Shown here piece after piece: positions 23,340 to 33,110 of a stretch of DNA of 64,000 nucleotides. A program made the translations under genes and the position numbers. Each line of letters starts with the position of its first letter. Positions within the stretch are counted from its first letter, which is position 1. The notes beneath the pieces are model-generated. The model ran no database searches and was not told the DNA's origin. It saw nothing but the letters and a program-made list of their open reading frames with translations. Origin of the DNA: Aquabacterium sp. (GTDB lineage: Bacteria > Pseudomonadota > Gammaproteobacteria > Burkholderiales > Burkholderiaceae_C); assembly GCF_030652515.1 (NCBI RefSeq), contig NZ_JAUSAR010000034.1, positions 1,887-65,886 of the forward strand, given 5' to 3'.

Positions 23340-24406
23340 GCATTGGCGATGCCTTCAGGTGGCTGGTGCGGCGGCCGCAAGTGTGGTGGCGCCAATGGTG
23401 GGATTCGCGCCTGCACCCCCGCGAGCAGGTCACCTTCACGCAACGCAACCTGTACATCCTGCCCACCCCGGCCGGCTGGGGCTTTGCCGTGGTGATCATG
23501 GTGATGCTGCTGGCCTCCATCAATGAGCAGATCAACCTCGGCTATGCGCTGACCTTCATGGTCAGTGGAGCGGCGCTGATGACGATGCACATCACGCACG
23601 CCAATGTGCGCGGCTTGAGCCTGCGCCTGTTGCCCTTGCGCAGCCTGCACGCGGGCGATGTGCTGCGGGTGGGCGTGGTCCTGGCCCACACGGGCAAGCG
23701 ACGCGGCCGTTTTGGCCTGGAATTGAAAGTGACCCGGCCGATTGCCGCGGGCATCGCTTCGCACGAGGAGGCCAAGGTCGAATGCGAAGTGGGGCCTGCC
23801 AGCGAAACCACCGTGGAGATGGATGTGCCCGCCGCCCTGCGTGGCTGGCTTGACCTGCCAAGATTGACGCTGCAAAGCCGTTATCCCTTGGGCCTGTTCC
23901 GGGCCTGGGGCTATTGGCGCCCTCAAGGCCGGGTGCTGGTCTGGCCCACGCTTGATCCCTTTGCACCGCCCTTGCCCGACAGCGCCAGCGAAGTGCCAGA
24001 CGCGCACACCGTCCGCCCTTTCATCCCTTCCGCCGAGATGCCCGAGGGTTTGAGGGCCTACCGTCGTGGTGACCCGCTGCGCTGGATTGCCTGGAAGAAA
24101 TCAAGCCACGCCCTGGCTTCGGGCACCGGGCTGGTCAGCCGAGAACCAGCCGCTGGCCGCACGCCCGATCTTTGGCTGGACTGGGACCAAAGCCCAGGAC
24201 TGCAAGGCCTGGACACTGAAGCGCGCTTGAGCCGCCTGGCCAGTTGGGTGATCCTGGCCGACCAGCGAACCGGCATGGCCTATGGGCTGAAATTGCCCGG
24301 CCAGACCATTGAATGTGGGCAGGGCAGCATCCACCTCAGAACCTGCCTGGATGCCTTGGCCGTGTGGGGCCTCGTGGCACCGCCCGCCCGAAAGGCCCGC
24401 CCATGA
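23336..24406 (+). CDS. DUF58 domain protein
   Basis: LRAYRRGDPLRWIAWK; start overlaps the moxR stop (ATGA). Confidence 0.9.
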   Translation: MSIGDAFRWLVRRPQVWWRQWWDSRLHPREQVTFTQRNLYILPTPAGWGFAVVIMVMLLASINEQINLGYALTFMVSGAALMTMHITHANVRGLSLRLLPLRSLHAGDVLRVGVVLAHTGKRRGRFGLELKVTRPIAAGIASHEEAKVECEVGPASETTVEMDVPAALRGWLDLPRLTLQSRYPLGLFRAWGYWRPQGRVLVWPTLDPFAPPLPDSASEVPDAHTVRPFIPSAEMPEGLRAYRRGDPLRWIAWKKSSHALASGTGLVSREPAAGRTPDLWLDWDQSPGLQGLDTEARLSRLASWVILADQRTGMAYGLKLPGQTIECGQGSIHLRTCLDALAVWGLVAPPARKARP

Positions 24407-26532
24407 GGGTGCCTCAACTGGCCATCAGCCGCGAAGGCCGCGACACGCTTTGGCTGTTGGCGATGCTGGCCTTGATCATGGCCCCCCACGCCGCCCGCTT
24501 GCCGCTGTGGTGCGCCGTGGGTGCCACGCTGGCCATGCTATGGCGCGCCCACATGGCCTGGCGCGACAGCCGCCTGCCACCACGCTGGGTGTTGCTGGTC
24601 GCCCTGGCCACGTGTGTGGGGCTGACTTTTTTGACTCACCGTGCGCTGTTTGGCCGCGAAGCGGGCGTGACCCTCGTGGTCGTGCTGACCGGGCTGAAGA
24701 CGCTGGAGTTGCGCGCCCGCCGCGATGCCTTCGTCGTGACCTCGCTGGGATTTTTCCTGATCCTGACGCAGTTCCTTTACTCGCAAAGCATCGTGCTGGC
24801 CGCCTTGATGGCACTGGCCGTCTGGGGGCTGATGACCTCGCTGGTGCTGGCTCAGCGCCCCTTGGGCCGCCCGCCTTTGATGACCGTGGCCCGCGAGGCT
24901 GGGCGCACGCTGGTGTGGGGCGCGCCCTTGATGCTGGTGCTGTTTCTGCTGTTTCCGCGCATTGGCCCGCTGTGGGCCCTGCCCTCGGATGCACAAGCTC
25001 GCTCAGGTCTGTCCGACAGTCTGACCCTGGGCAATGTGGCTGAGCTGGCCCTGGACGACAGCATCGCCATGCACCTTCGTTTTGAAGGCACACCGCCCAC
25101 CCCATCGGAGATGTATTTCCGTGGGCCGGTGCTGGACGATTTTGATGGCCAAACCTGGCGAACCCGCCGTGCGTCGCGTGACCGCGTTGAAGACATCGAG
25201 CACCACCCCATCGACACCCGTGGCCCCGCCATCCGCTACCAACTCACGATGGAAGCCACCCACGCCAGGATCTTGCCCCTGCTGGAAGCCACACTGAAAG
25301 TTCAGACACCGCCACAACAAGCCGCTTTGAGGCTGGAGCGTCGAGGGCTGGCCTGGACGATGGGCAACGCCCTCCATGAACGCATTCAACTTGACGCCCA
25401 GGCCTGGACCCAGTTCCGCCACGGCGTGAGCCACACCCCGCAAGAGCTGGCCACCTGGGTGCAACTCCCGCGCGGGTTCAACCCTCGCACCATCGCCTGG
25501 TCGCAGTCCTTCCGACGCAATCCGGCTTTGGCACAGGCCACGCCTCGTCAACTGGTTCAGGCTGTGCTGGCCCACATCCGCCAAGAAAACTACAGCTACA
25601 CCCTGGCGCCCGGCAATGACGAGGTCTCGCCAGACCAACCTCAGCCGCACCAGGTCGATCGCTTCTGGCTGGACCGGCGCGCCGGTTTTTGCGAGCACTT
25701 CGCCTCGTCCTTCGTGGTGGTGATGAGGGCCATGGGCGTGCCCAGCCGCGTGGTGACGGGCTACCAGGGGGCGGAGCTCAACACCGTCAATGGCCTGTAC
25801 ATCATCAGGAACAGCCACGCTCACGCCTGGGCCGAATACTGGCAAGCGGGCGAGGGCTGGGTGCGTGCCGACCCCACTGCCGCCGTCGCGCCCGAGCGGA
25901 TCGACCGCAGCCGCCCACTGGCCGCACCTCGCAGCGGACTCGCCGGTGCCCTGCCCCAGTTTGACTCGCCCATCTGGCGCCAAGGCAAGGCATTCTGGGA
26001 GGCGACCAACCACCGCTGGAACGTCTGGGTCTTGCAATACTCGCGAGGCCGTCAGCAGCAACTGCTGGGCAAACTGGGCTGGGATGCCAACGACTGGACG
26101 GACGTGGCGCGGGCCTTGACCATCGCCTTGTCGGGCATTGCCCTGGCGGGCGTGGGCTGGCTGTGGCTGACCCGTGAACGCCTTCATCAATCGCCCTGGT
26201 TGCAACCCATGGGACAGGTCCACCGAGCCCTGGTCAAGGCAGGCATACCGCCGCCCGATGGCCTGGCCCCGGCCTCGGCGCTGAACTGGGTTCATGCCTT
26301 GCAAAACCTGGGGCCCACTGCCGACGAACGCCAGGCGAACCTGGTGAGCCAGATGGTGTCTGCCTTGCAGGCGCTGGACACCCTGCGCTATGGCCCGAAC
26401 CTGGACACTGCTGGCCAGCCCATCAAGCCACGCCAACAGGTGGCCCAAGCCAGGCCACTGCGCAGGTCCATCGAAGAAGCTGCCCGCCAGTGGCGCGCCC
26501 ACCGGGCCAAGGTGCGGCATCGGGCACACTGA
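24403..26532 (+). CDS. DUF3488/transglutaminase-like membrane protein (TgpA-like)
   Basis: N-terminal TM region; GFCEHFA, HAWAE and DPT catalytic triad motifs. Confidence 0.92.
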   Translation: MRVPQLAISREGRDTLWLLAMLALIMAPHAARLPLWCAVGATLAMLWRAHMAWRDSRLPPRWVLLVALATCVGLTFLTHRALFGREAGVTLVVVLTGLKTLELRARRDAFVVTSLGFFLILTQFLYSQSIVLAALMALAVWGLMTSLVLAQRPLGRPPLMTVAREAGRTLVWGAPLMLVLFLLFPRIGPLWALPSDAQARSGLSDSLTLGNVAELALDDSIAMHLRFEGTPPTPSEMYFRGPVLDDFDGQTWRTRRASRDRVEDIEHHPIDTRGPAIRYQLTMEATHARILPLLEATLKVQTPPQQAALRLERRGLAWTMGNALHERIQLDAQAWTQFRHGVSHTPQELATWVQLPRGFNPRTIAWSQSFRRNPALAQATPRQLVQAVLAHIRQENYSYTLAPGNDEVSPDQPQPHQVDRFWLDRRAGFCEHFASSFVVVMRAMGVPSRVVTGYQGAELNTVNGLYIIRNSHAHAWAEYWQAGEGWVRADPTAAVAPERIDRSRPLAAPRSGLAGALPQFDSPIWRQGKAFWEATNHRWNVWVLQYSRGRQQQLLGKLGWDANDWTDVARALTIALSGIALAGVGWLWLTRERLHQSPWLQPMGQVHRALVKAGIPPPDGLAPASALNWVHALQNLGPTADERQANLVSQMVSALQALDTLRYGPNLDTAGQPIKPRQQVAQARPLRRSIEEAARQWRAHRAKVRHRAH

Positions 26533-26577
26533 TGTCCGAGGCGCCCATTGGGGCGCCACCAGACATCACGCGCGCCC

Positions 26578-27753
26578 ATGACGACATTGCCAGACTTTTT
26601 TTTGCAACTCCGCCTCACCTTGCCCTGCGCGCTGGTCATGGGCTTGAGTGGCTGTGCCAGCCCCCCCGCGCCAGCGCCTCTGGCCTCCATCACCGCGTCG
26701 GCCGCACCTGACGCGGCCTTGGCATCGCCTGAGGCGCCCGATGGCCAGGCCATTCCAGCACCCGCGCTGGTTCAGACCGAGGTACCTGCCCCCGAACCTG
26801 GCAACTACGGACAAAGAGACGATGCCCGCCTGCTGGCCGATCGCTTGGCGAAAGACTTTCAGCTGGATCCAGCCTGGGTCTTCTCGGTGCTGTCCCAAGC
26901 GCGCTTCAAGGAGAGCATCACCAGGTTGGTCATGCCCGCGCCCAGTGGCACCGCCAAGAATTGGGCGGTCTACCGCAGTCGTTTCATTGAACCCATCCGC
27001 ATCAGGGCAGGTGTGACCTTCTGGCGCACCTACGAAATGGACCTTAGGCGTGCGGAGGCACGTTGGGGCGTGCCCGCCAGCATCATTGCAGGCGTCATTG
27101 GGGTTGAAACCATCTACGGCCGCCAGACCGGCAGCTACCGTGTGCTGGATGCACTGACCACCTTGGGTTTGGATTTTCCAAAAGGGCGCAGCGACCGCAG
27201 TGCTTTTTTTCAAAAAGAATTGGGCCATTTCCTGAAGCTTTGCAGCGAGCAGAACATGGACCCGAGCACCGTGCTGGGTTCTTACGCCGGGGCCTTGGGT
27301 TTACCGCAATTCATGCCCAGCTCGGTGCGCAACTTCGCCATTGATTTTGATGGTGACGGCCGCATTGACCTGCTTCGCAGCCCGGTGGATGCGATTGGCA
27401 GCGTGGCCAAATACCTGGCCGAGCATGGCTGGCGAAAAGACATGCCCACATACTATGAAGTAACGCCCCCCACCGATGCGGAGGCACTGGCCAAATTGCT
27501 GGCGCCGGACATCGTGCCCAGCTTCAGCGTGGGCACGATGCAAAGCCTGGGCGCTGTCTTGCCCGATGTGGCCCAAACTCACACGGGTTTGCTGGCCTTG
27601 GTGAAACTCCAAAATGGTGAAACGGAACCCACCTATGTGGCAGGAACTGACAATTTTTATGCCGTGACGCGTTACAACCAGTCCAGCTATTACGCCTTGG
27701 CCGTGATTCAACTGGGGCAGGCGGTGTCCCGGGATGCCAGCAATTCGCCATGA
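26578..27753 (+). CDS. mltB: Lytic murein transglycosylase B (lipoprotein)
   Basis: LSGC lipobox, GVETIYG, GSYAGALGLPQFMPSS, DFDGDG EF-hand, YNQS..YA. Confidence 0.93.
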   Translation: MTTLPDFFLQLRLTLPCALVMGLSGCASPPAPAPLASITASAAPDAALASPEAPDGQAIPAPALVQTEVPAPEPGNYGQRDDARLLADRLAKDFQLDPAWVFSVLSQARFKESITRLVMPAPSGTAKNWAVYRSRFIEPIRIRAGVTFWRTYEMDLRRAEARWGVPASIIAGVIGVETIYGRQTGSYRVLDALTTLGLDFPKGRSDRSAFFQKELGHFLKLCSEQNMDPSTVLGSYAGALGLPQFMPSSVRNFAIDFDGDGRIDLLRSPVDAIGSVAKYLAEHGWRKDMPTYYEVTPPTDAEALAKLLAPDIVPSFSVGTMQSLGAVLPDVAQTHTGLLALVKLQNGETEPTYVAGTDNFYAVTRYNQSSYYALAVIQLGQAVSRDASNSP

Positions 27754-27904
27754 ATTCCAGACAGGCAATTACAAAAAATTCTTGGGGCCCGATTTGCAAA
27801 CTGAATATATTTGTGTTTAGAATTCGGCCGCGGCGTTTAACGCCCGGCTCTGATTCCCTCAATAAGTATTCAACGCCCCTGACCTCGGGCCACAAGGACT
27901 CTTC

Positions 27905-28243
27905 ATGAGCAACTACCAAGATCTTCTGGCAAAAAAGGCCGCCCTCGAAAAGCAATCGGCCGAACTCGACAAACAATTGCAAGATGCTCGCCGCGCTGAA
28001 CGTGCTGGCGTCATCGCCCAAGTCAAATCCCTGATGGCCGAGCATGGCCTGACCCTGGCCGACCTGGGTGGCGGCAAGGCTGGCGCCTCTGGCAAGGCCC
28101 CTTCGGCCAGCGCTGGCCGCAAGGTCGCGCCCAAGTACCGCAACACCGCCACCGGTGAAACTTGGACCGGCCGGGGCCTGCAACCCAAGTGGGTTCAGGC
28201 TGCAGTGGCATCGGGCAAGAAACTCGAAGATTTCGCGATCTGA
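27905..28243 (+). CDS. H-NS family nucleoid-associated protein
   Basis: PKYRNTATGETWTGRGLQPKW DNA-binding motif, N-terminal coiled coil. Confidence 0.93.
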   Translation: MSNYQDLLAKKAALEKQSAELDKQLQDARRAERAGVIAQVKSLMAEHGLTLADLGGGKAGASGKAPSASAGRKVAPKYRNTATGETWTGRGLQPKWVQAAVASGKKLEDFAI

Positions 28244-28271
28244 ATCTGAATTAACCTTCGGTTAGTTCTGC

Positions 28272-28303
28272 AAAAAGCCGACGCTCACGCGTCGGCTTTT
28301 TTT
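28272..28303. terminator. Bidirectional intrinsic terminator
   Basis: AAAAAGCCGACGC-TCAC-GCGTCGGCTTTTTTT. Confidence 0.88.
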
Positions 28304-28320
28304 ATTGGCGCATCAAACCC

Positions 28321-31074
28321 TCAAGGGGCCTGGTCCTTGAAATCACCCGCCAGGCCAAACACAAATTGATCCGGCTTGAGATAACGCCTCAAAGCCTGAT
28401 TGACTTGATCCAAGGTCAAGGCCTCCAAAGCCGCGTCCACTTTGGCCGACACGTCGAATGTGCGGTCCAGGTAAAGGTTGCTCACCCAAGCCCCGGCCAA
28501 GCGCGCATCTTGCGCCCGCGACAATTGGCGGAAATTCAAGAGCCCCCGTTTGCCGGACTCAAATTCGGTTTGCGTAAACCCTTGGGCCAACACCTTGGCC
28601 ACTTCCTCCCGGAAAGCCGCCTCCACCTTGCCCCGATTTTGCGGCGCAAAAATGGCGGAGGCCACCCACTGCGAATTGGGCTCGATCGAATTCCATTGCA
28701 CCGCGCTGTAAACGCTGTAAGACAAACCTTCCTTTTCACGGATGCGGTTCCAGAATCTGGAATCGCCCCCGGAGCCCAGCAAATGATTGGCCAGCATGAA
28801 AGCCGGGTAGTCAGGGTGCAAATCGTTCAAGGGTAAATCTTGCAGCACCTGCATGGCCGCATTTTGTTTGTCGGGCGTCAGCAGCACCAGGCGGGCGGGC
28901 GCCACGGGTATCAAAGGTGATGGCACGCGCGCAATGGCTTGTTGGCTGGACCAGCCACCCAAGGCCCGTTGCAAAGCCTGGGTCACGGCCTTGGCATCAA
29001 AATCACCCACGGCTGCAAACTGGGCCTGGCTGGCGCCCACGAATTTGGCGTGGAACTCACGAACCTGCTCAATCTTCACCGCGCGCCAATCGGCTTCGAT
29101 CTCGTCAAAGGTTCGAGCATGGCGAACATCGCCGCGCGGATACGGATTACCGTGGCGCGACAAGGCTTCGCTCAACACCGCTTGAGGTTCCTTGCGCTGG
29201 CCCTCCAGCCCGGTCAGGGCCTGGCGGCGAATCTCCTCCAGCGCATCGGCCGGCAAGCTGGGGTGGCGCAGCAAATCGCCGACCAGCTCGATCGCAGCAG
29301 GCAGGTTCTCGCGCTTGGTCGAGATGCCCACGCTCAAGGTGCCATCGTCGGCCTGGAAGGACACCTCGGCTTGCAAAGCGTCCATCCGATCTTGCACCTG
29401 CTGACGGTTCAAGGTGCTGCTGCCTTTGTCCAGCAACTCACCCAAGGCTGAAGGCACTTCGCCCCAGTTGGCCAGCGATTTTTCATCGCCCATGCGCAGG
29501 GTCAAGGTGGCGCGCACAGCCTGGCCTCGCGTGGTCTTAGGCAGCAGGGCCACTTTCAAGCCAGGCTCGATGGTCAAACGCTGGGTGCGGGCATTGATGT
29601 TGGCGGGGCTGGCCACGAAGGTCTCGGCCTGCACGCCAGCATCCTGGCCTTTGAAGTCCTTCAGCATGGCGGCCACGTCCACGCGCTCGGGCGTCGGTGC
29701 GCGAGCTGGCGTGGCGGTGGGCAGGTACTCGCCCACCGTGCGGTTGGACTGCACCAGATAGCGCTGGGCCACGCGTTGCACATCGGCCAGCTTGACCGCC
29801 TTGACCCGATCACGGCTGAGGAACATCAAGCGCCAGTCGCCTTGCGCCACCGCGCTGGACAAGGCCACGCCCACGTGCTGCGAATCGGCAAAGCCCATGT
29901 CCCAATCGTTCAGCCATTTGGTGCGGGCACGGTCCAGCTCTTCCTGGGTGATGGGCTCGCGGCCCACCGACTCGACCACGTCCAGCAAAGCCTTGCGGGA
30001 AGCCTCCAGATCCTGCCCCGGGGCCAGTTGGGCGCCCATGATCATGAAGCCCGGATCGGCCAGCGCTTGCGAGAAACTGAACACCCCGGCGGCCAGTTGC
30101 TGCTCGGTCAGGCGCTTGTGCAAACGGCCCGAAGGGTTGTCTCCCATGATCACTTCCAGCAACTCCACCGCCGCGAAATCGGGGTGGGCGCCAGGTACCA
30201 CGTGGTAGGCCGCGTACAGCAGCGGCACGCCGCCCACGCGGCGCAAGGTCACGGCCCGTTCGCCGTCTTGCACCGGGTCCAGCGTGTACAGCGGGGGCAA
30301 CACGCGCTTGGGTTTGGGGATGACGGCGAAGTACTGCTGGACCCAGGCCAGCACCTTCGCCTGGTCGAACTTGCCGGACACGATGAGGGTGGCGTTGTCA
30401 GGCTGGTAATGCTTGCGGTAGAAGGCCTGCAGGTGGCTGATGTCCACGCCTTCCACGTCAGCACGGGCGCCGATGGTGGACTTGCCGTAGTTGTGCCACT
30501 GGTACATGGCAGCCACGGTTTTCTCCAGCAAGACGCGGCCGGGCGAGTTCTCGCCCATCTCCATCTCATTGCGCACCACGGTCATCTCGCTGTCGAGGTC
30601 CTTGCGCGCGATGAAGCTGTTGACCATGGCATCGGCCTGCCACTCCAGGTACCAGCGCAGGTTCTCATCGTTGGCCGCAAAACTGGCGTAGTAATTGGTG
30701 CGGTCATAGGACGTGGAGCCATTGGCGCTGAAGCCGCGTTTGTTGAAATCGCCCCACACCTGGGGATGGCGGGGAGAACCCTTGAACAGCATGTGTTCCA
30801 GCAAGTGAGCCATGCCAGTTTCGCCGTAACTTTCGTGGCGAGAACCCACACGGTAGGTCACGTTGACCGTGGTCGTGGGCTTGGAATCGTCCGGGATCAG
30901 CAACACCTGCAAGCCATTGGGCAAACGGTATTCACGGATGCCTTCCACCGCGGTGACCTGGCTCAGGGCCGCTGGCGAGACCGGGCCTTTGGCCAACGCC
31001 GGGCTCATCAAGGCCGTGGCCAAGGCCAGGCTCAACACGGAGGCAAATGCATTTCTTGATCGGATGGGAGTCAT
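28321..31074 (-). CDS. M16 (pitrilysin-family) zinc peptidase, exported
   Basis: HLLEH inverted zinc motif, REKEGLSY, signal peptide; start uncertain (31074 or 31104). Confidence 0.92.
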   Translation of the reverse strand: MTPIRSRNAFASVLSLALATALMSPALAKGPVSPAALSQVTAVEGIREYRLPNGLQVLLIPDDSKPTTTVNVTYRVGSRHESYGETGMAHLLEHMLFKGSPRHPQVWGDFNKRGFSANGSTSYDRTNYYASFAANDENLRWYLEWQADAMVNSFIARKDLDSEMTVVRNEMEMGENSPGRVLLEKTVAAMYQWHNYGKSTIGARADVEGVDISHLQAFYRKHYQPDNATLIVSGKFDQAKVLAWVQQYFAVIPKPKRVLPPLYTLDPVQDGERAVTLRRVGGVPLLYAAYHVVPGAHPDFAAVELLEVIMGDNPSGRLHKRLTEQQLAAGVFSFSQALADPGFMIMGAQLAPGQDLEASRKALLDVVESVGREPITQEELDRARTKWLNDWDMGFADSQHVGVALSSAVAQGDWRLMFLSRDRVKAVKLADVQRVAQRYLVQSNRTVGEYLPTATPARAPTPERVDVAAMLKDFKGQDAGVQAETFVASPANINARTQRLTIEPGLKVALLPKTTRGQAVRATLTLRMGDEKSLANWGEVPSALGELLDKGSSTLNRQQVQDRMDALQAEVSFQADDGTLSVGISTKRENLPAAIELVGDLLRHPSLPADALEEIRRQALTGLEGQRKEPQAVLSEALSRHGNPYPRGDVRHARTFDEIEADWRAVKIEQVREFHAKFVGASQAQFAAVGDFDAKAVTQALQRALGGWSSQQAIARVPSPLIPVAPARLVLLTPDKQNAAMQVLQDLPLNDLHPDYPAFMLANHLLGSGGDSRFWNRIREKEGLSYSVYSAVQWNSIEPNSQWVASAIFAPQNRGKVEAAFREEVAKVLAQGFTQTEFESGKRGLLNFRQLSRAQDARLAGAWVSNLYLDRTFDVSAKVDAALEALTLDQVNQALRRYLKPDQFVFGLAGDFKDQAP

Positions 31075-31197
31075 CACGGCGCCGACTGGATCGGATGGTG
31101 GCAATGCGGTTCAGTGTAGGCGCGGGCCCGAAAGGTTCCCGTTTCTGGCCTTATGCTGATGGGCGCCACAGCTGTCATCACAAAACTTCACATCAAC

Positions 31198-32178
31198 ATG
31201 AATCGACGCTCACGTTCAGTCACCGTTTTGGCCAGCCTGGCTGGGCTGGTTTTGCTGTCCGGCTGTGGCAAGAACGACGTCACACCATGGTCCGGTTATG
31301 CCGAGGCTGACCTGGTCTACCTGGCCTCCTCGGGCGCGGGCGTGTTGAGCACCATCCAGGTTCAGCGGGGCGATGTGGTGTCCGCCGGGGCCGATCTGTT
31401 CCAGATCGACGCCGCCTCCGAGATCTACAGCAAGCAGGCCGCCCAAGCCCAGCAAAGCAAGGCCGCCGCCCAGTTGGCCGACCTGGGCAAAGGGCGGCGC
31501 CAGAACGAGCTGAAGGCCATCAAGGCCCAGCTGGACCAAGCCAAGGCGGCGTTGACCATCTCGACCGCGCAACTCAAGCGAAACCGGGACCTGGTGCGCC
31601 AAGGGTTCATCACCCCCTCGCAGATGGACGAGCTGGAAGCCGCCAAGGCGAGGGACACTGCCCGCGTGCACGAGTTGCAAGCGCAACTGGCGGCCGCCGA
31701 AGACAGCGCCCGCCCCGACACCCTGGCCGCTGCCAAGGCCGAGCTTCAGGCGGCCAAGGCGCAGGTGTCGCAGCAGCGTTGGGCTGAAGATCAGAAGGTG
31801 CGGCGCGCGCCAGTTGCCGCCCGCGTGTTCGATGTCCTGTACCGACTGGGTGAGTGGGTGCCGGCAGGCGCCCCCGTGGTTGCCCTGCTGCCCGACCACG
31901 CCGTGAAGGTGCGCTTCTTTGTGCCGCAAGAGGCCCTGGCTCAAACCAAGGTGGGCCAGGCCGTGCGCTACAACTGCGACGGCTGCACGGCAGGCACCGC
32001 CACGATCCGCTACGTGTCGCCCCAGGCCGAGTTCACGCCCCCGGTGATCTACAGCAACGAAAGCAAGGGCAAGCTGGTCTACATGGTCGAGGCCACACCC
32101 GATGACCAAGCCACCGACGCCCTCAAGCCCGGCCAGCCCCTCAGCGTGACGCCCGCCCCTGCCGCCGCCAAGACATGA
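31198..32178 (+). CDS. HlyD-family periplasmic adaptor (YbhG-like)
   Basis: LSGC lipobox, coiled coil, AEFTPPVIYS, LKPGQP. Confidence 0.88.
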   Translation: MNRRSRSVTVLASLAGLVLLSGCGKNDVTPWSGYAEADLVYLASSGAGVLSTIQVQRGDVVSAGADLFQIDAASEIYSKQAAQAQQSKAAAQLADLGKGRRQNELKAIKAQLDQAKAALTISTAQLKRNRDLVRQGFITPSQMDELEAAKARDTARVHELQAQLAAAEDSARPDTLAAAKAELQAAKAQVSQQRWAEDQKVRRAPVAARVFDVLYRLGEWVPAGAPVVALLPDHAVKVRFFVPQEALAQTKVGQAVRYNCDGCTAGTATIRYVSPQAEFTPPVIYSNESKGKLVYMVEATPDDQATDALKPGQPLSVTPAPAAAKT

Positions 32179-33110
32179 GCGAGCCGTCGTCCTCTGAGTT
32201 GGCCATCGACGTCCGGGGCCTGAGCAAGCGTTTCGGTGACCGCATGGTCGTGGATGGCATCGACATCCAGGTTCGACGCGGCGAGATCTGCGGCTTCCTG
32301 GGCCCCAACGGCAGCGGCAAGACCACCACCATCCGCATGCTCTGCGGCCTGCTGGAGCCCACCGCAGGCCAGGGCCACTGCCTGGGCTTCGACCTGGTCA
32401 CGCAATCACGCCAGATCAAGCTGCGCACCGGCTACATGACGCAAAAGTTCGGCCTTTACGAAGACCTGAACATCGAAGAAAACCTTTACTTCATCGCCGA
32501 GGTTTACGGCATGCCCGGCGGACGCCAAAAGGTCGAGCAAACGCTGGACCGACTGGGCCTCACCGAGCGCCGCCATCAACTGGCCGGATCGCTCTCGGGC
32601 GGCTGGAAGCAACGCCTGGCGCTGGGCGCCTGCCTGCTGCACGAGCCCCAGTTGCTATTGCTGGACGAACCCACCGCTGGTGTCGACCCCAAGGCGCGCC
32701 GCGATTTCTGGCACCAGATCCACCTGCTGGCCGCCGAGGGCCTGACCGTGCTGGTCAGCACCCACTACATGGACGAGGCCGAGCGCTGCCACCGCCTGGC
32801 CTACATCTCTTATGGCAAGGTGCTGACCGCGGGCACGGCCGAGCACGTGATCGACACCTCCGGCCTGAAGACCTGGCAAGTGCGCGGCGAGCAGCTCGAC
32901 AAGGTGATGGCCCTGACCAACCACAGCGACGACTGGATGGCCATTCCCTTTGGCACGGCCGTCCACGTCAGCAGCACCAGCCAGTCAGACTTCGCCGAAT
33001 GGCTGCGGGCCCAGTCGCCCCAGCACGACTGGCTGGTCGAGACCATCCCCACCAGCCTGGAAGACGTCTTCATCCACCTGAGCCAGCATGCACAAGACAA
33101 TTACCGATAA
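32175..33110 (+). CDS. ABC transporter ATP-binding protein
   Basis: GPNGSGKT, LSGG, LLLDEPT, STHYMDE. Confidence 0.95.
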   Translation: MSEPSSSELAIDVRGLSKRFGDRMVVDGIDIQVRRGEICGFLGPNGSGKTTTIRMLCGLLEPTAGQGHCLGFDLVTQSRQIKLRTGYMTQKFGLYEDLNIEENLYFIAEVYGMPGGRQKVEQTLDRLGLTERRHQLAGSLSGGWKQRLALGACLLHEPQLLLLDEPTAGVDPKARRDFWHQIHLLAAEGLTVLVSTHYMDEAERCHRLAYISYGKVLTAGTAEHVIDTSGLKTWQVRGEQLDKVMALTNHSDDWMAIPFGTAVHVSSTSQSDFAEWLRAQSPQHDWLVETIPTSLEDVFIHLSQHAQDNYR

